A DNA stretch of 35,625 bases from a virus. The notes beneath the pieces were generated by a model that saw only the letters and a list, made by a program, of their open reading frames with translations, was not told the DNA's origin and searched no databases. Shown here piece by piece: positions 24,364-32,834 of the stretch (its first letter is position 1; every line of letters starts with the position of its first letter). Position numbers and translations under genes: made by a program. The DNA lies in the IMG/VR virus record IMGVR_UViG_3300002168_000001, positions 1 to 35,625 of that record. One strand, written 5' to 3'.

Positions 24364-26476
24364 TTTCGCTCTATCTTCTTCTAAAATAACAGGTTTTGCA
24401 ACCGTAACACCTTATTATGAGACTCTCGAAATAGAATACTCAATAGATAAAGGCGCAAATAAGACGGTTAAGCTAAACGGCGATTTGATATTTAAAGGTG
24501 TTGATGTGGATGTTATTAACTTACACGACATTACGGACACTATCACAGTTGCAATAGGGCGAATGGTTGGAAACTCAAACACTTTAATATACAAAGGCGA
24601 GTTCACTTTAAGAGACTGCGATGTTGACGTAGATAACAACGAAATAAAACTGACAATCACTACTGTAGATTATTACACGCAATTTCTCGATGTGTACGAA
24701 AAAGAGGTAAACTTAACAGATTTGCCAATTAAAAAAATACCGTTCAAATACGATATCCCCGAAGTGATGCAAGTGTATGTGGTTGGAGACGATTATTTGA
24801 CGAACATATATGCGAATGGTCTTACATTTGAGCAACCATGTGGGAAAATTGAAATTGATACTAGTCCTAATGATTTATGGGATATAATGACATTTATAAA
24901 TAGTGAAGATGTCCGTATTAATAAATTCACTAGATGTCAAACTGTTTTCTATAGCAATGAGATAGGTGGGCAATGGAATGGACTTTATGATGCTGATTTT
25001 AATTTCAATGACAGCCCGTTTGTGTATTATTTCAAATCTATAGACAATAGATACAGAATAGATAGGGTAGCGACAGGAAAAAATATATGGCGATGGGATT
25101 TGTATGAGTATGAGGGTTCGGGATACACTAATTTACTATATTCTTCTAATTCTTTAAAAGGAGACTTGCTGTCAATATCTTTATACACATTTACTCATGT
25201 GGTTACAGGCGCAACATTGCGATTTCCAGCGGAACGTATAATATTAACAAGAATACTTACGAATAATTCAACAGGCGCAACAACTCATGATTCAGACGAC
25301 ATTCTGCATTATAATAATTTGTATAATTATCAAAAAGTTTTTTCTGGTAACCTTAATACAACATTAACTATTAAGTTAGAGAACTTCACACAAACAACAC
25401 CAAATCAATTCCCAGCGAACGATATAGGCAAGTATTTCAGGGGAACAAGGAACGGATATACAGCGTTCGGCTCTCGCGTTTGGTCTGAATATTACTTATT
25501 ATTCAGCAATTCAGATTTAGGAAACAAAGATAATAAAGGAACTAAAGAAATAGAAATACAAGGGTATAGATTTCAAGATGCTTTTCAAGTCTTATTAAAT
25601 CACTTCGGATTACCTTTGACGTTCGTTTCTGAAATGATTACAAGGGGTCGGTTTCTTTCGGGGATATGGGCATTCACTCATTTATCAAATTTGCAGACGA
25701 GAGTGTCGAAAGGAAATAATTTAGCGACAAACAATGTGATTTCACTTGCTCGACTGATTGAGTATTTCGAAAAGCAGTTCAATGCCTCTTGGGATATTTA
25801 CAATAAGAAATTAAGAGTTGAACACAAATACTTTTACCAAAACGGGTTAAGCTATAGTGTAACGCCGAATGTTATTGATTTAACATTAATGAATAATAGG
25901 AGACTTGATTTGAACGTAGTGAGTAACGCGAATGCATATAAATATGATTATAAAGATTACGAGACGCGCATTCTGGAGCAACAAAATGCATTGGACGTGT
26001 TCAAACAAAGCACTATTCAATTAAACTTCACGACAAAAAAAGAGGAACGAATTACAATAGACACTTTCACAACTGACTTCTATTATCTTATTTCGAGCAA
26101 CCTACGTGCTGACGGTTTTTTTTCGGCATTGCTTGATTCGAGTAATAAGATAGTGAATTATACATTTACTGCAAACTCAAAAACTTACACTAATTTAATA
26201 AACGGATATTTTAATATTTCAGTTTTAGCGAGATTATTCTACCGTTATAATGAATATGGTAGTGTTGTGGTCGTTGACGGCGTAAATCGTAATGTAATAG
26301 GAGGATTTTACGCAAAAGAGCAAGAAGTAGAATATCTCGATACAGATTACACACCTTCAAGTATTAAGGAACATTTCTTGAGAAAAACAGAACTCGGAAA
26401 TGGATTTGTGAAAAAAATTGTTGTAAATTTACTCGATAATATAATTAAAATAGAATTATTGCATGCTGTTGACTAG
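24356..26476 (+). CDS. Tail tip/baseplate protein (distal tail or Tal-like, positional call)
   Basis: 706 aa, directly after the tape measure gene. The ATG at 24356 is preferred over the TTG at 24350. Confidence 0.55.
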   Translation: MYNFALSSSKITGFATVTPYYETLEIEYSIDKGANKTVKLNGDLIFKGVDVDVINLHDITDTITVAIGRMVGNSNTLIYKGEFTLRDCDVDVDNNEIKLTITTVDYYTQFLDVYEKEVNLTDLPIKKIPFKYDIPEVMQVYVVGDDYLTNIYANGLTFEQPCGKIEIDTSPNDLWDIMTFINSEDVRINKFTRCQTVFYSNEIGGQWNGLYDADFNFNDSPFVYYFKSIDNRYRIDRVATGKNIWRWDLYEYEGSGYTNLLYSSNSLKGDLLSISLYTFTHVVTGATLRFPAERIILTRILTNNSTGATTHDSDDILHYNNLYNYQKVFSGNLNTTLTIKLENFTQTTPNQFPANDIGKYFRGTRNGYTAFGSRVWSEYYLLFSNSDLGNKDNKGTKEIEIQGYRFQDAFQVLLNHFGLPLTFVSEMITRGRFLSGIWAFTHLSNLQTRVSKGNNLATNNVISLARLIEYFEKQFNASWDIYNKKLRVEHKYFYQNGLSYSVTPNVIDLTLMNNRRLDLNVVSNANAYKYDYKDYETRILEQQNALDVFKQSTIQLNFTTKKEERITIDTFTTDFYYLISSNLRADGFFSALLDSSNKIVNYTFTANSKTYTNLINGYFNISVLARLFYRYNEYGSVVVVDGVNRNVIGGFYAKEQEVEYLDTDYTPSSIKEHFLRKTELGNGFVKKIVVNLLDNIIKIELLHAVD

Positions 26477-27329
26477 TACAAATATTAACCCGTTACCATT
26501 TTACACGTCTTTAGATGAAAAATGGCAGCATAGAAGATATGCGGATAAACATGACATATTTTGTCCTACGGATAGAATTATACCGTTTCAATTAATTATA
26601 GGCGAATATACTCTATATGCTTACAGAGTGTGGCTATACGATGCAATTACAAACACAGAAGTAAAGCGGTTAGTATTAAACACCGATTACACGCAGAATG
26701 GAAAAAGATATACAGGTTATGAGGTTGTCACTATTTCAGATGTTGCAAGTGCTGGCTTAATGGAAGCGGGTAAATATTACTATTTAAAATTCGCAGTTGA
26801 ATTGCCCGGCGCTACATTGAGAGATGTTTGGTATTCGGACGACTTCCAAGCGAACTCACGAACTGGTGAAATGTGTAGACTTGATTATTATAACGAACGA
26901 GACATGGCAATAGGAGACTATACGATATTTGGCGGAAGCTCGACGAAAAGATTTGTATTCCGATACTATATCCCTCACGAACTAGGCAAACCCGAATACC
27001 CATTTTACACGAGAATTTCGGAACGGAACAATATTGAATATCCTTTAACGATGCGTTCTCAGAAGAAATTCAGAGTTCCGATTACAGCAACGGAAATGCA
27101 GATTGACGCATTGCGTTTGGCGGTAGTCAGCGATAAGGTTGCTTTGACTTGTAACGGAAAAACTTATAAAATTTGGATGATTGAATGGACGGAAGTAGAA
27201 TGGCGAGGAGACGGCATAGGAGTGTTTGACTGTTTATTTACAACAAACGAAATTTTAAATAATAGTTTCCAAGCGGCACCAACTCGTGGAGACTTTAATG
27301 ATGATTTTAACGATGATTTTAGCATATAA
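26463..27329 (+). CDS. Tail/baseplate protein (positional call)
   Basis: 288-aa ORF in the tail-tip cluster. C-terminus is GDFNDDFNDDFSI. Confidence 0.5.
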   Translation: MLLTSTNINPLPFYTSLDEKWQHRRYADKHDIFCPTDRIIPFQLIIGEYTLYAYRVWLYDAITNTEVKRLVLNTDYTQNGKRYTGYEVVTISDVASAGLMEAGKYYYLKFAVELPGATLRDVWYSDDFQANSRTGEMCRLDYYNERDMAIGDYTIFGGSSTKRFVFRYYIPHELGKPEYPFYTRISERNNIEYPLTMRSQKKFRVPITATEMQIDALRLAVVSDKVALTCNGKTYKIWMIEWTEVEWRGDGIGVFDCLFTTNEILNNSFQAAPTRGDFNDDFNDDFSI

Positions 27330-27332
27330 ATT

Positions 27333-28160
27333 ATGGCATACGAAAGTTTAAAAGCGGCATTGGACGCGAAAATATACACAAACGGAAATGAAGAGGTAAC
27401 AGCTTCAATGGTAAACAGCGTTATTTCTGACTGTATCTCTCAATTAGGCAATTTCGAATGCGGAGGAGAAATAACACCTACAACGCTATTTGACTTTAAC
27501 GCGGAATTAAAATGGTGGTTTATTGCAGTTGAATCAGGTACTTATACGAATTTTGACGGGATAATAATTGACGATGAGGTCGCAATAATCTTATATGAAG
27601 ACGCAGTATTTACAAAAATAGAATTAATAAACAAACAAATTACGAATGTTGCAAATGATACTACGGAAATAGGAAAATCGTTACTAACAAATGATCTTGT
27701 TTTCGATATAGAAAAATCAGTCATATATCAACTATTAGAAGACACAGCAACAACCGACACTTTATCGGATTTAACAAAACAAGTAGTTGCAGACGGGTTA
27801 AAACTTGACGGAATAGAAGAAGGTGCACAGAAAAATGTAAATGCTGATTGGGATTCCGTATCAGGCGATTCCCAAATATTAAACAAGCCTACAGACGTAA
27901 CGGACTTAAGCAGGCACGCAAGTTCAGAGCTTTCAGACGGTTCAGATTTAGTGAAAGGTCCAGCATCTTCAACAGATAACGCAATAGCAAGATTTGACGG
28001 CACGACAGGTAAATTGGTACAGGATAGCCCTGCAACTATTGACGATGACGGAAATATAGCGGGATTAAAAGACACATCAACAGAAACAGTTACAATAGAT
28101 TCCGCTGTACAAATGAGTTATGACCCAGTTACCGAAACATTAGAATTTAATTTTATCTAA
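27333..28160 (+). CDS. Tail fibre-like protein
   Basis: The C-terminal segment PASSTDNAIARFDGTTGKLVQDSPATIDDDGNI resembles a motif common in phage fibre proteins. Confidence 0.5.
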   Translation: MAYESLKAALDAKIYTNGNEEVTASMVNSVISDCISQLGNFECGGEITPTTLFDFNAELKWWFIAVESGTYTNFDGIIIDDEVAIILYEDAVFTKIELINKQITNVANDTTEIGKSLLTNDLVFDIEKSVIYQLLEDTATTDTLSDLTKQVVADGLKLDGIEEGAQKNVNADWDSVSGDSQILNKPTDVTDLSRHASSELSDGSDLVKGPASSTDNAIARFDGTTGKLVQDSPATIDDDGNIAGLKDTSTETVTIDSAVQMSYDPVTETLEFNFI

Positions 28161-28161
28161 A

Positions 28162-29562
28162 ATGGCACTATTATTACATTATACAGGACAGGATTATGTA
28201 AGCAGAGGGTTGCTCAATACACAGTTAACTCCAGGCTCTACATCTGCTATTGTAGGAGGTTGTAAGACAGGTAAGGGGTTTGAGTTTGATGGGACGGCGG
28301 ATAGTGCGTTATATGTGAATAATATAGGTATATCAATGCCTACTCAATTTACAGTAAGTTGTTGGTCTCGAATCTCTGGATCAGGTGCAAACATGATTTT
28401 CACAAATGGAGGCAACATAAATTCAGGGTTTCAATTGGAAATACTTGTTAACTATGTGAGGGCATATTCTTACAATACATCGAACGTCGTTAAAATTATA
28501 GCATCTTCGGCAGGCACTATACAACCAAACACATGGTATCATTTAGTTGCTGGTATAGATGGTAGTAGAATTTTTTTATATCTCAACGGTTCCTTTGTCG
28601 CAGAAGATACTATAATAGGTACAATTCGGACTAACTTTTCACCAATAATAGGTTATAGATATTCCGCATCGCCTTTCAACGGACAAATCTGCAACTTCAA
28701 ATATTACAACCACGTCCTTTCATCTCGTGAAATAGCAGAAGATTACAAATCATTGATGCTGCATTATAAGTTGGATAAACCTATTACTGATACAGTATAT
28801 GACGTATCAGGATTTCAAAGACATATAGCTGTTATTGAGAATACAACTACTAATTCTACTTCTGAAAAAAGAGTGTATGGAGGTTCGCTTGAGAATGATG
28901 GAACAAAGTCTTTATACGGTTCATTGAATCTTACTGAATTAAATGGAATAAATGAAATATCTGTTGCAGTTCGTTTTCGTTTCATTTCACAAGCGGGTAC
29001 TCATGGTTATTTTTCAAGTAGAACGGCACTTCAAGGTGGTATCGCCTTGTTAAAATTAGGTGGTTCAAGTAGGGGTATGTATGTTGATATAGGTGGTCGT
29101 AACACATTTACATTACCTTATGATTTGGTCTCAGGCACTTGGTATGATTTAGTTGCAGTTAAAACCACTACAGATGTGAAACTATACATAAACGGAGTAC
29201 TGATTAACACAATTGCGAATACCAATTCAATAAGCAACATGGGGCAACTCTACGCCTCAATTAGTCGCTCAATAATAGACGATAACTTAACGCTATCAAA
29301 CCAACTAAACGGCAACGTCCAAGACATACGCTTCTACGCCAAAGCACTTACACAAGCAGATGTAACAGAATTGTACCAAACAAGGCATATGGTAGATAAA
29401 GACAGTAATTGTTATACGTATGAATTAATAGAAGGTCAAACAACTGTTGGCATGAACAAACAAGGTAAATTATTATGTGATGAGATAATCGAAAATGAAG
29501 ACGGTACATTTCAAATAGTAAATAATAAAACAATAAAAACTAAAGAAATAAAGGAGATATAA
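28162..29562 (+). CDS. Tandem LamG/concanavalin-A-like lectin-domain protein (candidate receptor-binding protein)
   Basis: There are two copies of the Laminin_G_3-like pattern: NTWYHLVAGIDGSRIFLYLNGSFV...FNGQICNFKYYNHVLSSREI and GTWYDLVAVKTTTDVKLYINGVLI...LNGNVQDIRFYAKALTQADV. Confidence 0.7.
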   Translation: MALLLHYTGQDYVSRGLLNTQLTPGSTSAIVGGCKTGKGFEFDGTADSALYVNNIGISMPTQFTVSCWSRISGSGANMIFTNGGNINSGFQLEILVNYVRAYSYNTSNVVKIIASSAGTIQPNTWYHLVAGIDGSRIFLYLNGSFVAEDTIIGTIRTNFSPIIGYRYSASPFNGQICNFKYYNHVLSSREIAEDYKSLMLHYKLDKPITDTVYDVSGFQRHIAVIENTTTNSTSEKRVYGGSLENDGTKSLYGSLNLTELNGINEISVAVRFRFISQAGTHGYFSSRTALQGGIALLKLGGSSRGMYVDIGGRNTFTLPYDLVSGTWYDLVAVKTTTDVKLYINGVLINTIANTNSISNMGQLYASISRSIIDDNLTLSNQLNGNVQDIRFYAKALTQADVTELYQTRHMVDKDSNCYTYELIEGQTTVGMNKQGKLLCDEIIENEDGTFQIVNNKTIKTKEIKEI

Positions 29563-29563
29563 T

Positions 29564-30052
29564 ATGGCACAATTAAAAGATACAACGGTTACAGGCAATT
29601 TGACAGTTTCAGGAACAGTTAACGGTAGAGATATAGCAGCTGATGGAGCGAAGTTGGATCAAATAGGAGGGCATATAACTTCTAATTTTGCAGGCAAAAT
29701 AGCAAAAACATTAAATGTAAACACTCTTAACGCAGAGGTTACACTATTCACTGTACCGAGCGGAAAAATGTGCAAATGTGGAAACATGGCAGATTCGACA
29801 TGTAAGATTTATATTTTTGGAACAAAAACGAGTATGAGCGAAGATGCTGTTGTTGATGTTACTTTTAATAATTTCGTAGGGACAGCAAGAACGAGAACAT
29901 TTACTTTATCCACGTTAGGTGGAGACCCTTACGTTTTTATTTGTGATTTGGTAGACCAAAAAATTGGTCCTGGTGACGTTAAGGTTAAGGTAACCACAGC
30001 AGGAACGGGAGCGAATGGTAATGTAATAATAACAACAGACGCAGTTTGGTAA
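29564..30052 (+). CDS. Tail fibre/spike-associated protein
   Basis: The N-terminus MAQLKDTTVTGNLTVSGTVNGRDIAADGAKLD is typical of phage fibre N-termini. Confidence 0.5.
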   Translation: MAQLKDTTVTGNLTVSGTVNGRDIAADGAKLDQIGGHITSNFAGKIAKTLNVNTLNAEVTLFTVPSGKMCKCGNMADSTCKIYIFGTKTSMSEDAVVDVTFNNFVGTARTRTFTLSTLGGDPYVFICDLVDQKIGPGDVKVKVTTAGTGANGNVIITTDAVW

Positions 30053-30124
30053 ATGGCAACAGTAATATTAATATCAGTAATAATAGCCGTACAAGTTACG
30101 GCGGTAATATTGATTAGAAGATGA
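30053..30124 (+). CDS. 23-aa single transmembrane peptide (lysis-cassette accessory or holin partner candidate)
   Basis: The sequence is MATVILISVIIAVQVTAVILIRR. Its start abuts the upstream stop, and its own stop overlaps the next ATG as ATGA. Confidence 0.4.
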   Translation: MATVILISVIIAVQVTAVILIRR

Positions 30125-30423
30125 GCGAGGGTCAAAAAGATTTAGTTTTAGAATTATTCGGACTATTACGGTCTGATATATCGGACTTGCACAAAAAAGT
30201 AGATGAAATTAAAGAGCAAACTACAAAGACAAACGGACGTGTTACATCGCTTGAAAAGTCTAAAATTACGGCAGATTTGTTGTGCTCCGAAATGAAACAG
30301 CACATAAACGAATCTATTACACGAGAGTCAAAACAGTATCGAATAGGAGCATTTTTATTAAACGCAAGTGCAACCGCTGCGGTGTTGGGAGCAATTTACG
30401 GGCTTATTAAAATAGTACTATGA
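30121..30423 (+). CDS. Holin-like membrane protein (N-terminal coiled coil, C-terminal transmembrane helix)
   Basis: 100 aa. The C-terminal IGAFLLNASATAAVLGAIYGLIKIVL is hydrophobic. It is coupled to the downstream hydrolase-like gene. Confidence 0.5.
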   Translation: MSEGQKDLVLELFGLLRSDISDLHKKVDEIKEQTTKTNGRVTSLEKSKITADLLCSEMKQHINESITRESKQYRIGAFLLNASATAAVLGAIYGLIKIVL

Positions 30424-30803
30424 AACTAAAACTAATTAGACTCATTTTCACTGAAGAATATACAGAAGGTCAATTATACATTGATGATGAATACTTTTGC
30501 GACACGATTGAAGACGCATTGCGAAAAGTAAAGATTAAACACATAACGTGTATTGACGCTGGTGTGTATAAAGTATCTCTCACATACTCATCTGTTTTTC
30601 GTAGAGTATTGCCGCTTTTACACGATGTGCCGAAATTCTCGGGCATACGCATTCACAGAGGGAATACAGCGGAACATTCAAGCGGGTGCATAATTGTAGG
30701 TAAAAAATTACGAGACGGATTTGTTGGAAATTCAACCGAAACAGAAAAACTATTATTAAAAAAACTCGAAGGTATTAATAATATAGAAATTGAAATAATA
30801 TGA
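30420..30803 (+). CDS. Putative cell-wall hydrolase with a YkuD/L,D-transpeptidase-like catalytic motif (DUF5675-like)
   Basis: IRIHRGNTAEHSSGCIIVG resembles the H...S.GC catalytic signature. It sits in the lysis position after the holin-like gene. Confidence 0.4.
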   Translation: MKLKLIRLIFTEEYTEGQLYIDDEYFCDTIEDALRKVKIKHITCIDAGVYKVSLTYSSVFRRVLPLLHDVPKFSGIRIHRGNTAEHSSGCIIVGKKLRDGFVGNSTETEKLLLKKLEGINNIEIEII

Positions 30804-31681
30804 TAATAGATTCGCACACACACGCAGGATTATCGTATAGAGACTATCCTAATAAAATTTTTGGAGTATTCTCAAAGTTTTTGCTTGGAAAAAAAAAGCG
30901 TGTGAAATTCGCTGCAAAATTCCTATCCGCTATAATTCCGACCGACAAAGACTTTCTCGAACGATACGCACGTCTTTTAGAATATTCAGAAAAAAGCACA
31001 GCGGAACGAATAGAGGATGCATTAACCTATTGCGATAAACTAAACGCACTTTCTATTAATCTGCAATACATGGGCGCAGGAGACACTCAAAGAACATACG
31101 ATGAACAAATGGAAATGCTCGTATTAATGCGAGAAAAATATAAAGATAGAATCAATATATTCATGATGTTGGAGCCGCAAGACCCGAACATTATTAGACA
31201 CGTAATAAAGTATGAGAGATTTTGCAAGGGGTGGAAATATTACCCACCCGTTTCGGGAACTATCAATAACGGAATGATAAGGCATATTTTAGAAAAACAC
31301 CCGAAGCCGATAATCATCCACACAACGAATACAAGTCCAATTTACAACAAGTTTTTCAAAAAAAAGGTTGCGCAAGATTTCGCACACCCGAAATACTGCA
31401 TTCCATTAATTGAGAAATACCCGAACGTGCCGTTTATATTTGCGCATTTAGGCGGTGAAAATTGGCAAAACGAAGTAATAACTTTATGCAAAAAATATCC
31501 GAATGTTTACACAGACATATCATTCACATTTTCAAAAGACCACGATACATTAAGTAAGATATTTCACAGGATACCCGAAAAAATATTATGGGGTACGGAC
31601 AACCACATGACCGACCCCGAACCGTTCTTGAAAGTTCCATATTTTGAAGCCATGCAAAAAAATAACTCGAAATTATTTTGA
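30800..31681 (+). CDS. Metal-dependent amidohydrolase (TIM-barrel, Amidohydrolase_2-like)
   Basis: IIDSHTHAG at the N-terminus, then IIIHT, FAHLGG and WGTDNHM, matching the amidohydrolase metal-ligand pattern. Confidence 0.65.
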   Translation: MIIDSHTHAGLSYRDYPNKIFGVFSKFLLGKKKRVKFAAKFLSAIIPTDKDFLERYARLLEYSEKSTAERIEDALTYCDKLNALSINLQYMGAGDTQRTYDEQMEMLVLMREKYKDRINIFMMLEPQDPNIIRHVIKYERFCKGWKYYPPVSGTINNGMIRHILEKHPKPIIIHTTNTSPIYNKFFKKKVAQDFAHPKYCIPLIEKYPNVPFIFAHLGGENWQNEVITLCKKYPNVYTDISFTFSKDHDTLSKIFHRIPEKILWGTDNHMTDPEPFLKVPYFEAMQKNNSKLF

Positions 31682-31743
31682 TTTAAATATTTTATACCTT
31701 ATATTTACAGCCTACGCACTTTTATAGGATTATTTTTTAGTTT

Positions 31744-31790
31744 ACCCCCGATTTTGTCGCCCGATAAAACGGGGGTTTTTAACTTTTTTT
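31744..31790 (+). terminator. Strong rho-independent terminator ending the late operon
   Basis: The hairpin ACCCCCG-a-TTTT-g-TCG cc CGA-t-AAAA-CGGGGGT (31744..31776) is followed by a T-run. Confidence 0.85.
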
Positions 31791-31877
31791 AACTTTTTTT
31801 CACTTTTTTCAACATTTTTTCATTAAAACTATTGACAAATCAAATTAATTATATTATATTTGTACTATAATAATTAA
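31786..31877 (+). promoter_or_regulatory. 92-bp perfect repeat, copy 1: phased T-tracts plus a strong Bacteroidota-type promoter (TTGACA-N20-TAtaTTTG)
   Basis: Identical to 32391..32482. ttgaca at 31832..31837 and tatatttg at 31855..31862. T-tracts recur about every 10 bp across 31781..31822. Confidence 0.75.
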
Positions 31878-31900
31878 CAAACAACTAAAAAATAGAAATT

Positions 31901-32044
31901 ATGAAAACAACAGAATCGAAAAATGGAAAGATGAAAACTCTAACGATTGAGCAAAAAGAACAAGCATTAAGAGATATTAATTTTTTCGTTGGTGGATTAA
32001 CAGATGAAGCGATTGAATATTACTATAATAAGTTGATATCGTAA
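31901..32044 (+). CDS. Small early hypothetical protein (47 aa)
   Basis: It is preceded by the conserved leader aactaaaaaatagaaattATGaaaa. The product is MKTTESKNGKMKTLTIEQKEQALRDINFFVGGLTDEAIEYYYNKLIS. Confidence 0.45.
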   Translation: MKTTESKNGKMKTLTIEQKEQALRDINFFVGGLTDEAIEYYYNKLIS

Positions 32045-32101
32045 AACGATAATATCATGGAAACACCATTTACACAGTCAAACAATTAAAAATTAGAAAT
32101 T

Positions 32102-32359
32102 ATGAAAACAGAATTAGAAAAATACACCAAAAAATTAAAAAGATTAAAAGGGAAGGAGTTGGTGTTGAAAATGAAAGAAATCCTTCCCAAAGGGAAATAC
32201 ATTGGTTATCCAGACTTTATTTTCATAAATGAAAAGGAAAAGGCGGTAAGGGTTAGTGAAGCCTCGCCAAGATGGGCAAATAATGCCAAAAAGGTGTTTA
32301 AAGAGTTGGGGTATAATCTCAATTTAGATGTCCGAAAAAAAGGAAGTATAATGCTATGA
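32102..32359 (+). CDS. Small basic early hypothetical protein
   Basis: 85-aa ORF with a leader-like upstream sequence (aattaaaaattagaaattATGaaaa). Confidence 0.6.
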   Translation: MKTELEKYTKKLKRLKGKELVLKMKEILPKGKYIGYPDFIFINEKEKAVRVSEASPRWANNAKKVFKELGYNLNLDVRKKGSIML

Positions 32360-32390
32360 GCAAACAGCAGCTTCCAGTAAGAGTTGATGG

Positions 32391-32482
32391 TTTTTAACTT
32401 TTTTTCACTTTTTTCAACATTTTTTCATTAAAACTATTGACAAATCAAATTAATTATATTATATTTGTACTATAATAATTAA
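32391..32482 (+). promoter_or_regulatory. 92-bp perfect repeat, copy 2 (the same promoter)
   Basis: Identical to 31786..31877. ttgaca at 32437..32442 and tatatttg at 32460..32467. Confidence 0.75.
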
Positions 32483-32506
32483 ACAAAAACTAAAAAATAA
32501 AACAAA

Positions 32507-32791
32507 ATGGAAACAACAAATTTAAAAAACAAAATCCAAAAAGAAGTAGAAATAAACATGATTGACTACTTAAGCCATGCAAAAACTGCAATTGCATTTA
32601 TCAACGAAGTTGTTAGCCCGCTTACTTCGGTAAGCGAAGAACAGGAGCAGGCAATAGGCGACATTCTCTGCCTTACTCAACAAGAGTGGGAGGAGGCAGA
32701 ATGCGATGCAGAGGGTCCAAATAAAGAGCAAGATGCTGCTCTTGATAAGATTATTGAAGATGCAGCTGCTGCCATTTCTGAACTTTTTTAA
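32507..32791 (+). CDS. Small, strongly acidic early protein
   Basis: 94 aa with 15 Glu, 6 Asp, 6 Lys and no Arg. It is the first gene after the second promoter copy. The C-terminal helix is DAALDKIIEDAAAAISELF. Confidence 0.65.
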   Translation: METTNLKNKIQKEVEINMIDYLSHAKTAIAFINEVVSPLTSVSEEQEQAIGDILCLTQQEWEEAECDAEGPNKEQDAALDKIIEDAAAAISELF

Positions 32792-32834
32792 AAAATCAAA
32801 ACCTATATTAATAAAAAAACTAAAAAATAATACT

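Noticed and set aside
29552-29556. A Shine-Dalgarno-like AGGAG 7 nt (29557..29563) upstream of the ATG at 29564
   Set aside because: It is a single occurrence within the coding 3' end of the upstream gene (KEIKEI). Other genes use A-rich leaders lacking Shine-Dalgarno sequences, as is usual for Bacteroidota, so it is probably coincidental.
29906-29914. DnaA-box-like 9-mers (ttatccacg at 29906..29914 and ctttccaca at 13793..13801) as targets for the phage DnaA domain-IV protein
   Set aside because: These are isolated 8/9 matches inside structural genes with no clustering, which is consistent with chance in 35 kb.
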